DNA of 64,000 bases. Source: Heteronotia binoei (lineage: Eukaryota). Shown piece by piece: positions 11,155-22,581 of the stretch. Position numbers and translations under genes: made by a program. The notes under the pieces were generated by a model. That model was not told the DNA's origin. It worked only from the letters and a program-made list of their open reading frames with translations, and did not search any database. The first letter of the stretch is position 1; the number at the start of each line of letters is the position of its first letter. The stretch is from positions 34,100,001-34,164,000 of the forward strand of contig NC_083241.1 of assembly GCF_032191835.1 (NCBI RefSeq). The letters run 5' to 3'.

Positions 11155-11388
11155 ATTAGGGTTTGTAGAATCTTTCGGGATCAAGTGCCGTGTTCTACTG
11201 GAGAAAGTTTTCCTTCCAGACGTTTCGTTCTCAGCTGCAAATGCACAGCAGCCAAGAAGGTCAGAGCGCCTTCTCCGGCAGCAACGCCACTGAGGATGTT
11301 CTCCGCAGCTGAGAACGAAACGTCTGGAAGGAAAACTTTCTCCAGGAGAACACGGCACTTGAGCCCGAAAGATTCTACAAACCCTAAT
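11155..11388. mobile_element. PLE-derived inverted-repeat element (84-bp arms, 66-nt spacer)
   Basis: 11155-11238 is the reverse complement of 11305-11388 with 2 mismatches. It contains the hammerhead motif listed next. Confidence 0.75.
11287..11327 (+). ncRNA. Minimal type I hammerhead ribozyme motif (intact core)
   Basis: CCA CTGAGGA T GTTCTC-CGCAGCT-GAGAAC GAAA CGT C TGG. Stem I is CCA/TGG, stem II is 6 bp, stem III is the palindrome ACGU, and the GUC cleavage triplet ends at 11324. Confidence 0.7.
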
Positions 11389-11747
11389 ATATATTTTTTG
11401 TCCGTCTGTCTTCAGATTTCCCTCTCTCCCCCTCCTAGGAAAACTACAGCCCAGTTCTGTGATGCCAGGCACTGAGCCAAGCTAACTTGCATAGTACGGA
11501 GTCCTGAACGACTTTTCCCTCAGCCCCCCTCCACAACTATTTCCTCTTTCCCTCCTGTTGGCAACCCCCAAACCTTCTCCCCTTTCTGCACCTCATTCTT
11601 TCCTCAGCCATTATCAACCCACCTACCTTTTATCCGCTTTCATCGTCAGCAATATTTATTGTTCATTTATTTATACCCTGGCTTACTTCACATTGGGGAC
11701 CAAAGGAATCATTCTCTGGTCCTTTTTAGTCTCACGCCAACCCTGTG

Positions 11748-12256
11748 AACAAAAAACCTCAGCTTGAGACCCTGGAGAGCCGCTGCCAGTCTGAGTAGAC
11801 AATACTGACCTTGATATTGGAGGGACGGTGGCTCAGTGGCAGAGCATCTGCTTGGTAAGATGAAGGTCCCAGGTTCAATCGGCGGCATCTCCATCTAAAA
11901 TGGGTCCAGGCAAGTAGGCGTGAAAAACCTCAGCTTGAGACTCTGGAGAGCCGCTGCCATTCTGAGTAGGCAAGACTGACTTTGATAGACTGAAGGTCTG
12001 ATTCAGAATAAGGTAGCTTCATATGTCCATATGATCTTTAAGGGGAGGGATGGTGGCTCAGTGGTAGAGCATCTGCTTGGTAAGCAGAAGGTCCCAAGTT
12101 CAACCCCCGGCATCTCCAACTCAAAAGGGTCCAGGCAAATAGGTGTGAAAAACCTCAGCTTGAGATCTTGGAGAGCTGCTGCCAGTCTGAGTAGACAATA
12201 CTGGCTTTGATGGACTGAGGGTCTGATTCAGTATAAGGCAGCTTCATATGTTCAAG
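11748..12256 (+). mobile_element. Three tandem tRNA(Ala)-like SINEs with CR1-type tail (one partial, two full)
   Basis: GGTGGCTCAGTGG.AGAGCATCTGCTTGG...GGTTCAA heads with A and B boxes, a shared body, and ...ATAAGG(C/T)AGCTTCATATG tails. Confidence 0.85.
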
Positions 12257-12329
12257 ATCACAACATTATTTCCTTATCAATCTGAGATCCAGCCGGCTTT
12301 ATTGCCTTCCTAAGACGCCCTAAGACTGC

Positions 12330-12681
12330 CAGTTTTCACTGATTGACAGCCCAGCTGTGAGGGGAGGGGAGGGGAGGACAGAAACGCCGGGCGAAGCTCG
12401 GCCAAAGAACGAGCGAGAGACTGGCAAAAGCCTAGAAGGGCCGTTTCCTGGCAAGACCTCATCCCTTCCCCGTTTCCATAGGAAGAAGAGGGACTGGTTA
12501 GGTGCCTCAGATGGGGAGGGAACCACGAATCAAGCAGCCAATAGGCGCAGCCAATTGAGCATCGAAGGCGGGACTCGGATGGCTTGAGCGATCGCCTGAA
12601 GCTTCGGGCCTCGATTGTGATTGGTGGGCTGGGCAGTGAAGCTCAAGAGAGAGGCGTGGCGTGGCGGGCAGCGGAGGGAGG
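12330..12681 (+). promoter_or_regulatory. FAM219B: FAM219B CpG-rich promoter and 5' UTR with CCAAT boxes
   Basis: CpG-rich. CCAAT at 12538 and 12551, ATTGG at 12620. ATG at 12682 in a strong Kozak context (AGGATGG). Confidence 0.6.
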
Positions 12682-12753
12682 ATGGCGGAGGGCGAGGAGG
12701 GGCCGTCGAGGCGGAGGGAGGCCGGGGCTCCGCCTGGGCCCAGCGGCGACACG
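12682..12753 (+). CDS. FAM219B: FAM219B exon 1 (MAEGEEGPSRRREAGAPPGPSGDT); join 12682-12753,17844-17934,18324-18414,20847-20924,22533-22581,24552-24707 = 537 nt, 178 aa
   Basis: Kozak ATG in a CpG island, donor ACG|GTGAGG, and phase 0 matches the next exon. The peptide itself is poorly conserved, so support is positional. Confidence 0.65.
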
Positions 12754-15700
12754 GTGAGGGGCGAGGCCTCCTGGTCCCCCCAGAGGGGAAGGGGTCAGTG
12801 TGGGTTGGGGGCTGGCCTGGTGGGGAGGAAGGGGGTGGTGATGTGGGGAGGGGTTCTCTGTGGGGTGCGCCAGAAGGATCCCAGCAGGGGGGCAACAGGA
12901 AGCCTCCCCAGGCAGGAATTCAGAGCAGGAGTCGTTCCCCGTGGCAACAGGTAGACTGCCTCTGGATATAGAGGCTCCACTAACCTGCCCTGGTTAATGG
13001 CCTGTATCAGGGGTAGGCAAACGTGCTTAATGCAAGAGCAAAATAGAATAAACGTCTGACGTTTGAGAGCCACAAGGAAGAAAGGAAGGAAATAGGGGGG
13101 AGGAGGTGGAAAGAACGCAACTTTAAATGCATCCCCCAAGCCAGCTAACGGGGCATTGGGAGCTTTGAGAGCAACACAATATGTGTGAAAGAGCCACACG
13201 CGGCTCCTGAGCTGCAGTTTGGCCACCCGTGTCCTAGCATATGTGGCGACAGGCAGGCTGTCGTGGGTAATGGCATGTATCAGGGGTGGCCAAACCTGCC
13301 TAATGTAAGAGCGACGTAGAATAATCGTCAGATGTTTGAGAGCTACAATACAGGAAGGAGGGAAGGCAACTCATGGGGTGGATGGAGAGGTGGAAAGAAA
13401 GCAACTTTAACTTTAAATGCATTCTCCAAGCCAGCTGTTGGGGCTGGGGGAGCTTCGAGAGCCACGTGAGGCTCCTGAGCTGCAGTTTGGCCACCCCTGC
13501 CCTAGCGCGCGCGTGTGTGTGTTGCTGTCAAGCCACAGCCAAGTTGTGTGACCCCTCATGGGGTTTTCAAGTCCCCTTTCCACTCAGCCCACTGCCCTGT
13601 TTCCAGCATTCACAGTTCGATGGTGTGAGCAGTGGGCTGATGGTATCTGTTGCCCCAGTCTTTTGCCATTGTAGTATTTTGGATGCAGTACCTTGGGTTA
13701 TGGCGGATTCACTGAGCAATCGGGGCAAATAGCAAATTGTACTGCCTTTAACCACATAGATTCAGAGTCCTGATTCTCATAATTAACAGCTGGGTGACAG
13801 AAGTTTCTCTAACTCTTTATGATAAAATCAGAGCTGCCCTGCTGGATTGGATTTAGGATTTATATCGCACCCTATACTCTGAATCTCAGAGTGGTCACAC
13901 CCTCCTTTACCTCCCCTGCCCCCCCACAACAGACACCCTGTGAGGTAGGTGGGGCTGAAAGAGCTCTGACAGAAGCTACCCTTTTAAGGACAGCTCTGCG
14001 AGAGCTATGGTTGACCCAAGGCCATTCCAACAGCTGTAAGTGGAGGAGTGGGGAATCAAACTCGGTTCTCCCAGATAAGAGCCCGCACTACAACATACAG
14101 GCTCAGAGCCAATGTCCATTTAACCCAGCATCCTGTTTCCAATGGACGTCAGCTTACTGCTTCTGCAAATTGGCATGGACCATGACAGCCAGGCAGGGGA
14201 GTGATCCTAAGAGCAGAAGACAGGCTCTTTCTTCCACTGTCCTTCAGCAAATACCTTCCCTGTTTGCACCTCCCAACTGGTACATGGCAGCACACTGCTT
14301 CTGAACATGGAGATTCCATTCAGACATCATAGCTGATAGCTTTGGGGAGACCTGTTAGCTGGATGAGTGAAAAGAGTCGGTGAATATCTGGCAGTGAGAG
14401 TGGAGGACCCATGTTTTGTAGCTTTCGAGGACTGCTGTGATAGAAGGGTTTTGGATGGGGGTGGGTGCTGAAGTCTAGGTGTTGTAGGTCAGGGATCCTC
14501 AACCTTTTTGAGCCTCTGGACACCTTTGCATTTCAGATATTTTATTGACGTTTCAGAAATGAAGTTAGGGAGAAGAGAAAGGGACAAAGGGTAAAATAGC
14601 ATCAACGAAATATTTTTTCTAGGGCCCGTTGTATTTCTTCCTACAACAGGCTTTACTGCTAGTCTGACATAAAACACATAATAGTCAAGTCCACGGATTT
14701 TCTTTGTAGCAGGAACTCATTTACATATTAGGCCACACACTCCTGATGTAGTCAATCCTCTTGGAACTTTCACTAGACCCTGACCTAAGAGCCCTGTAAG
14801 CTCTTGGCTCCATCAAGGGTGTGTGTCCTAATATGCAAAGGAGCCCCTGCTAGAATTCTATCTCTGGACTCTGTACTAAGCTCTTGGAGGGTTGGCTCCA
14901 TCAGGGGTGTGTGGCCTAATATGCAAAGGAGCCCCTGCTAGAATTCTATCTTGCCTGCTTCGGCGGGGAGGGCGGGATACAAATAAAATTTGTTGTTGTT
15001 GTTGTATCTCTGGACCCTGTACTAAGAGCCCTGTAAGCTCTTGGAGGACTGGCTCCATCAAGGGTGTGTGTCCTAATATGCAAAGGAGTTCCTGTTACAA
15101 AAAAAGCTCTGATCATCCATACACAAAGAAAAATGTTTCTCTATAAGCATTAAAATACATTGATATTATTAACATGCCAGAATAGCTCATATAAAGCTTT
15201 GAGTTTCATTCCCCTACAGAATTTTTAAATATCCCATGTGAGATTTAAAAAACTGAATTCTGGCACAGGGTGTCGGGCACAGCCAGAAAATGGCTGCTGT
15301 GGGAGTTGGTGCCGCACACCCAGAGGAAGTCCAAGTCTGAGAGAGAAAAGAGGTAATTGAAAATATGCTGGGAAAACAGGGCTGGAGAAAATGAAACAAA
15401 CCCTGTGAGGTCAGCTGTAATTTGAATCTGTAGCTCATCAGAACGTGTGGGGGGGGGGGATCATAAATCCTGCATGAGAGCCTCATCTGGCCCCACCCAA
15501 TTTCTAAAAACAGCTGTGGGCATAAAGAAAGGTATTGGCGGGTGCTATGTTGCCCACTGGCACCACCTTGGGAACCTCTGGCCATTAAGAATGACAGGGC
15601 AGTCAAACTGTGTCCGACAGAAGTGCTCAGAAGTAAAATGTCAGGCAGAAGGCTGGCTCGCCCTGCTGCTACAGCCTGTCTGGCAACTCCTCTTCCTTCC

Positions 15701-17843
15701 TAGGTTGCTGCACTCTCACCTCCAAGCATGCGGAACGCATTCAGGACACTCAATTTAAATCGCTCACACCCACTTAGAAACAGCTCAGTGGCACGATCAA
15801 TATGCACACTTGAAATTCCTCTTTCTTCTTATAGTTTCAGAGGGTAACTGTAAAATCATAGAATCCTAGAGTCTGATGGGACCTCCAGGTTCATCTAGCC
15901 CAGGGGTAGGGAACGTTGGCTCTTCAGATGTTTTTTTGCCTACAACTCCCATCAGCCCCAGCCAGCATGGCCAATGGCGGGGGTTGATGGGAGTTGTAGG
16001 CAAAAAAACATCTGGAGAGCCAACGTTCCCTACCCCTGGCCTAGCCCAACCCCCTGCACGATGCAGGAAACTCACAAATACCTCCCCCTAAATGCACAGG
16101 ATCCTCATTGCTGTTAGATGGCCATCCAGCCTCTGTTTAAAAACTTCCAAGGAAGGAGAGCCCACCACCTCCCGAGGAAACCGGTTCCACTGGGGAACCG
16201 CTCTAACGGTCAGGAAGTTCTTCCTAATACTCAGCCAGAAACTCTTTTTGATTTAATTTCAACCCATTGGCTCTCAAAACATGTTCGTCTGTGTTGGTCT
16301 GCAGTAGAACAGTGAAATTTGAGTCCAGTAGGACTTTTGAGTCCGACAAGAGTTTCAGGGTAGAAGTTTTTGAGAACCAAAGCTCCCTTCATTGGGCACA
16401 AGTACACGTGAAGCTGCCTTCTCCAGAACCGGACCCGTGGCCCATCAGAGTCAGAACTGTCTACTCAGACTGGCAGCAGCTATCAAGGGTCTCAAGAATG
16501 TTGTGTGCGTTAAACAGAGATGAAAGGAAACAGCCATGTTTGTCTTTGCAGCAAAGATGAAGTAGGATCTCGTGTTAGTGTGTGTGTGTGTGTCTGTATC
16601 CTGATGCTGAAATATAATTTTATTAGCCTTTAAACTCTAGTAAACTCTAGTCAGAAGTATCTAGAGAGGCCCTCAGAAGGCAGATTTTGTACATAAGTGG
16701 GTTTTTTTTTCAAAAAACCAAACCTGAACCACATAGTTTAAAGGACCATGCCATTGCGAGCAAGCACAAGGCGAGATGTGATTAGGTAACGCTCAAATGC
16801 AATTGAGAAAAGTGGAGACGCCATTAACAATAGCAATAAATGGGGATAGAGGCTATATCCCTAGTGTTACTAGGTCAGTTGATGCACGCAGTGACTGAGA
16901 AAAGTGGACTCTTTGTTGAGTCCACCGGAGATGTTATCAAACTTCCTCTTGAATTTTTAATTCAGCGTCACACTGGAGTGTCCCTTGACCGTTCCTTTGC
17001 TGGAAAATGAGGCCAACAGAGGGCATATCCTGGGATGCTGGAATGTTCTGCTGGCTCCCAGTATGGCCATTGAGAACCAGCTTGATGTACTGGTTAAGTG
17101 TGTTGGACTGGTAGCTGGAAGACCCAGGTTCAAATCCCCACTCGTGCCATGGAAGCTTGCTGGGTGACCTTGAGACAGTCACATTTCTTTCAGACCTAAC
17201 CTCCCTTGCAGGGTTGTTGTGAGGACAAACTGGAAGAGAGGAGAACCCTGCAAGCAGCTTCAATCGGGAGAAAAGCAGGGGATATAATGAATAAATAAAA
17301 CAGAAAAAAATGGTGTTATTTTTGTGTCTGTATTTTAGTCCTGGAACTACTTGAAAAAAAATATGCAGAAGTGGGTTAGTTGCAGCTGGTTCTGTGGCTA
17401 GAGTAAGGATGGCCAAAGTGCAGCTTGGAAATCACACGTGGCTCTTTCACACATAGTGTGTGGCTCACAAAGCCCCCACTGCCATGTTGGCTGGCTTAGA
17501 GAAGGCGCTTGTCTCTTTAAATCACTTAACCAAGCCAGCTTGGGGACTGCATTTAAAGTAGTTTTCTTTCTACCTCTCCCTCCCCATCTATTTCCTTCCT
17601 TCCTTCCCCTCCCCTCCAACTTCTATGTGACTCTTACATCAAGCAAGTTTGGCCACCCCTGGACTAAAGCATGCAAAGGGATAAGGAGTAAGCTTTTGGA
17701 GGACTGGCTTCATCAGGGGGTTGTGGCGTAATGTGCAAAGGAATCCCTGCTACACAAACAAACACACAAGCCCTGATCTCAGTATTCTCTTAAGGGGTCT
17801 TCAGCTGGAGTTTCCATTGAACTTGTAACTTCCTTCCTCGCAG

Positions 17844-17934
17844 GGGCAGAGGGACAAGAAGAGAAGCAGGGAAGCCTCGCTGGAGAAACGGCCGTACATC
17901 ATGAGCAAAACGCCATCCATTCAAGACAAGCTAC
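17844..17934 (+). CDS. FAM219B: FAM219B exon 2
   Basis: TTCCTCGCAG| GQRDKKRSREASLEKRPYIMSKTPSIQDKL C|GTAAGT; resembles human EKRGPYMVTRAPSIQAKL. Confidence 0.9.
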
Positions 17935-18323
17935 GTAAGTCAGGGTGCGCACGTTGTCTCAGCCTCAGCTGGGACCTTGTCCGGGTGGGACGCCTTCAGC
18001 TTTGTGAGCTGGTAAGGGAACGGAATTTTTCGGATATCGGTCTGGTTCCCCAGTCTCCGTGCCAAGGGAGCTGTGGCCAGTCGACTCTTTAAATAAAGAT
18101 AAGCGTGACTTGCCCTACAGAGGACAGAGGTTGTTTATACAGAGCAGCTGGCCTTGCCAGGTCTGGGGTGGGAAATACCTGGAGATTTTGGGGGTGGAGC
18201 CCAAGGGGGGCGGGGTCTGATCTCTGCAGTCTGCAGGTCAGTTGTAATAAGAGGGAGATTTCCTGGGGGTTGGCGACCCTAATAGCAGTTCTTCACACGT
18301 CGTGCTGCTGTTTTGGGTTGCAG

Positions 18324-18414
18324 AGAAGCATCGGGAGATGGCGAAGGCGATGCTGCGGAGGAAAGGTGTGCTCGGGGGGACCATCCGGCAGCAACCCAAA
18401 CTTGCAGGCAAGAG
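18324..18414 (+). CDS. FAM219B: FAM219B exon 3
   Basis: TTGCAG| (Q)KHREMAKAMLRRKGVLGGTIRQQPKLAGK(R) |GTCCGA; human has QKHRDLAKAVLRRKGMLG. Confidence 0.9.
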
Positions 18415-18470
18415 GTCCGAGTCATCCTTTCTCGTTATGCTTTGAATGGGAGGGCAGGGTTGGCTTTTGA

Positions 18471-18778
18471 GAGGAGCCCCGTGGCACAGAGGGGTAAAGC
18501 TGCACTACTGCAGCCCTAAGCTCTGCTCATGACTTGAGTTCAATCCCCGGTAAAAGCTGGGCTTTCAGGTAGCCGCCTCGAGGTTGACTCAGCCTTCTAT
18601 CCTTCCAAGATTGGTAAAATGAGTCCCCAGCCTGCTGGGGAGGGGGAGGGAGAGGAGATGACTGGGGAAGGCAATGGCAAACCACCCCGTAAAAAGTCTG
18701 CCGTGAAGACGCTGTGAAAGCGATGTCACCCCAGAGTCGGAAACAACTGGTGCTTGCACAGGGGACTACCTTTTTTTA
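18471..18778 (+). mobile_element. tRNA-derived SINE with GGTTGACTCAGCCTT central domain and RTE/BovB-like tail
   Basis: A and B boxes, central domain GGTTGACTCAGCCTTC.ATCCTTCC, tail GGGGAAGGCAATGGCAAACCAC...ACCTTT. Further copies near 19830-20095 (+) and 52762-52979 (-). Confidence 0.8.
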
Positions 18779-20846
18779 GGCTTTTGAGAGCTGCCCAGGT
18801 ATTCTTCTCAGGAGGACCTAGGAATGAAGTACAAAATCTCTGGCTGTCGAATGACCAAAGCTCATCACCGTCAGGAGGCAGACTGCCACAGAAATTGATG
18901 CCATTTAAAAATATTTATTTCCCTTCATTATATTCTGCCTTTTCCTCCCTAGGGCCCAAAGAAACTTGCATTGGTTTTCTTTTCTTTTTCTTTTTTAAAA
19001 ATTATTCGTTTATTCATTTTTATGCTGCGGCTTCCACCGTTCTCTCACTCCGTTTTTATCCTCCCAGCAACCCTGCGGGGTAGGTCAGGGCGAGAGAGCG
19101 TGACTGGCCCCAGGTCACCCAGCGAGCCCCAGGTCACCCAGCGAAGTGGGGATTCGAATCCGGGTCTCTCAGATACTAGCCTGGCACTCTTAACCACTAT
19201 ACCACACTGGAAAACTCCCCCCCCCCTCATTTCCTTCCCAACAGAATGCAGGAGCCACATGTGGCTCTTTCACACATATTGTGTGGCTCTTGAAGCCCCC
19301 ATCCCCCTGTCAGCTGGCTTGGAGAAGGCTTTTCTCTCCTTAAATCACTCCTCCAAGCCAAGCCAGCTGGCAGTTTGGAAAACACATTTAAAGTTAAAGT
19401 TTCCTCCCTTCCCTTCCCTTCCCTTCCCTCTTAAACATCTGATGTTCCACCCCTGCATTAGATGAAAACTGCAAAGCATCTCTGTTGGTTGAGGTGATGC
19501 TACGTGGGCTTTGTGCCCTTCGTTACCGCATCGTACTGCTGTAGAAATTGCAGGAGCGAATGTCCTGTTAATCTCTGCTTCTGCCTTTTAAAAAGTGCTA
19601 GTGAGATGGTGCGGAATGCGTGAGTGCTTCTCACCCTTTTTGAAACTTGAATGCTCTCTGAAGTTTATACAGCTCTACGCAGACATGCTTTTTTTTAAAA
19701 AAAAATCACACTTTTGATACAGTCAGGGCTTTTTGGGAGCAGGAACACACAGGAATGTAGCTCCAGGGGTGCGGCCAAATAGGCAAACGAGTTCCTGCTG
19801 GGCTTTTTCGACCAAAAAAGCCCTGGATATAGAGTGGTAAGCTGCAGTATTGCAGTGCAAGCTCTGCTCACGACCTGAGTTTGATCCCAGCAGAAGCTGG
19901 TTCAGGTAGCCGGCTCAAGGTTGACTCAGCCTTCCATCCTTCTGAGGTTGGTAAAAGTGAGTCCCTAGCTTGCTGGGGGGAAAGCAATGGCAAACCACCC
20001 CGTAAAAAGTCTGCCGTGAAAACGTCTTGATGTGACGTCACCCCAGAGTCGTTAATGACTGGTGCTTGCACAGGGGGACTACCTTTACCTTTTTATCGTG
20101 TTCTGCAGTTCTTATCATGTGATATCCCAAGGCCTTTGCGGTATATTACACAGTTGCTTGATTTGTCTTGCAATAAGCTAAGCGAAAGAGAAGCCATGTT
20201 TGATTTCTTTGTGTCACACAGTGACCAAAACCCAGGTGCTGTCAGGAGGTCCACCAGTAGGGCCAGAATTCCAGAAGTCCTCCCACTGTTGTTCCCCCCA
20301 CCCCCAAGCACCAAGAATACAGAGCATCATTGTTGCAGACACAGTGTTCCATCTATACCTTATGGCCAATAGCTACTGATGGACATAAGAACATCAGTGA
20401 AGCCATGCTGGATCAGGCCAATGGTCCATCCAGTGTCACCACTGTGCATCACACAGTAGCCAAAATCCAGGGGTCATCAGGAGGTCCATCAGTGGGGCCA
20501 GAACTCCAAAAGCCCTCCCACTGTTGCCCTCCAAGCACCAAGAAGACAGAGCATCACTGCCCCAGACAGAATGTTCCATCTGTAACTAGTGGCTGATAGC
20601 CAGTGAAGAACTTTTGCCCCATATGTTTCTCCAGTCTCCTCTGGAACTATCCATACTTGGCCATCACCGTATCTTGTAGCAGGCTCGGATTAGAACGTCA
20701 GCCTTTTCCATCCAAAGATGGCATATTTGGACCACACCATTCTCCGAACTCCTTGCTCAGCTGCACCTTCCCGCTATTGCATTCTCTTCCTGCCCTCCCA
20801 GCCCCACCTGGCTGCTTCACGTTGACTTCTGCTTCTCTTCCTCCAG

Positions 20847-20924
20847 GTCGGTGAAGTTCAATAAGGGCTACGCTGCTCTCAGTCAGATCTCGGATGAAAC
20901 CCTGGTGTCCTTGGAGTCAGACAG
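20847..20924 (+). CDS. FAM219B: FAM219B exon 4
   Basis: CTCCAG| [25 protein letters not shown](S) |GTGAGG. Confidence 0.95.
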
Positions 20925-21041
20925 GTGAGGACTGAGCTGGGACCTCCTGGGAGCACTGAGGTGGGAAAAGCCAAGAAGTTCCCATTTAGGGGTGTTCCCT
21001 GGTCCTCTAACTTATTGACAGATTGGGTAGCAGTGAGGTGA

Positions 21042-21625
21042 GGGGCCGTGGTTCAGTGGTAGAGCATCTGCTTGGTATGGAGAAGGTCCCAGGTTCAATC
21101 CCTGAATCTTCAGTTAAAAGGGACCGAGCAGGAGGGGATGTGGAAGATCTCGATCTGGTAGAGCATCTGCTTGGCATGCAGAAGGTCCCAGGTTCAATCC
21201 CTGAATCTTCAGTTAAAAGGGACCGGGCAGGAGGGGATGTGGAAGTTCTTCATCTGGCTCAGCAGTAGAGCATCTGCTTGGCATGCAGAAGGTCCCAGGT
21301 TCAATCCCCAGCATCTCCAGTTAAAAGGGACTGGGCAGGAGGGGATGTGGAAGATCTCGATCCGGTAGAGCATCTGCTTGGCATGCAGAAGGTCCCAAAT
21401 TCAATCCCCTGCATCTCCAGTTAAAAGGGACCGAGCAGGAGGGGATGTGGAAGTTCTTGATCTGGCTCAGCAGTAGAGCATCTGCTCGGCATGCAGAAAT
21501 TCCCAAATTCAATCCCCGGCATTTCCAGTTTAAAAGACCCTGGAGAGCTAATGCCAGTCTGCACAGACAATACTGACTTTGATGGGCCATTGACCTGTTT
21601 TGGTATAAGGCAGCCTCATGTGTTC
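21042..21625 (+). repeat. Tandem array of five tRNA-like SINE heads, the last with a full SINE body
   Basis: GTAGAGCATCTGCT recurs at about 21059, 21158, 21265, 21365 and 21474, each followed by a B-box-like motif. Confidence 0.85.
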
Positions 21626-21660
21626 CAAGATGCTAAGGGCCCTAAACCGGATGGGCTGTA

Positions 21661-21810
21661 CCAGCCCAATCTCAGAAACTAAGCAGGGTCAGCCCTGGTC
21701 CATGTTTGGATGGGAGACCACCAAGGAAATCCAGGGTTACTACGCATAGGCAGGCAGTGGCAAACCACCTCTTCGTGTCTCCTGCCTTGAAAACCCTATG
21801 GAGTCATGGA
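21661..21810 (+). mobile_element. 5S rRNA-derived SINE with RTE/BovB-like tail (5S-Sauria-like)
   Basis: CTAAGCAGGGTCAG.CCTGG...TTTGGATGGGAGACC (5S A and C boxes) followed by GGCAAACCACCTC...GCCTTGAAAACCCTA. Confidence 0.75.
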
Positions 21811-22090
21811 TATCAAGCTGGCCACAGCCAGGGTCAGGGCCTTCTCTACCGTGGCCCCAGCGTGGTGGTACTCTCTGCCGAGTGACATCCATGCCCTGGC
21901 TGATCCGCTAAAGTTTTGCAGGGCATGTAAGGCAGAGATGTTCCACCGGGCCTTTTTTTCACATCTTCCTGGCACCTTCTCGTGACTGAATGCCAGCACT
22001 GCCATCTTGTTTTTCAAATGTTTAGATATTGGGAATGGTTTAAATACTATGTTTTTATGGTTTTACCTCATCCTGTATTCTATTGGATCA

Positions 22091-22359
22091 AGAAGAAGAA
22101 GATGATGATACTGGATTTATATATTTCAGAGTCTCAGAGCGGCTCGCAATCTCCTTTATCTTCCTCCCCCACAACAGACACCCTGTGAGGTGGGTGGGGC
22201 TGAGAGGGCTCTCACAGCAGCTGCCCTTTCAAGGACAGCTGCAATAGCTATGGTTAACCCAAGGCCGTTCCAGCAGGTGCAAGTGGAGGAGCGGGGAATC
22301 AAACCCGGTTCTTCCAGATAAGAGTCCACACACTTAACCACTACACCAAACTGGCTCTC
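22091..22359 (-). mobile_element. Squam3-like (MIR/Ther1-derived) SINE
   Basis: Reverse complement begins GAGAGCCAGTTTGGTGTAGTGGTTAAG and ends in a (CTT)n tail. About 16 copies in the window. Confidence 0.85.
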
Positions 22360-22532
22360 AAATCGTTGTGAACTGTCCTGAACGCTGCGTAAGCAAGGAA
22401 AGGGCGGTAAAAGTTTTGTTTCTAATTTAACAAACAAGTAATAAAATAAGTCAGCTGCCACTTGGTGGCATTTTCCATTACTACTGAGATACAAGAAATG
22501 TCTCGTGGCTCTGACTCTCACTCTCCTTCTAG

Positions 22533-22581
22533 TGACGGGGAGCTGGAATCCCGATGTTCTTCTGGCTACTGCTCTGCAGAG
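22533..22581 (+). CDS. FAM219B: FAM219B exon 5
   Basis: CCTTCTAG| DGELESRCSSGYCSAE |GTAAGC; human has DGELGSRYSSGYSSAE. Confidence 0.95.

Noticed and set aside
12041-12125. tRNA-like sequences (also 11819, 21042, 33800, 56690, 56930)
   Set aside because: Each continues into a shared SINE body and tail, and the acceptor and anticodon stems are imperfect, so these are SINE heads rather than tRNA genes.
21661-21745. 5S rRNA-like sequence (also 49476)
   Set aside because: Truncated, diverged and fused to an RTE-type tail, so it is a SINE and not an rRNA gene.
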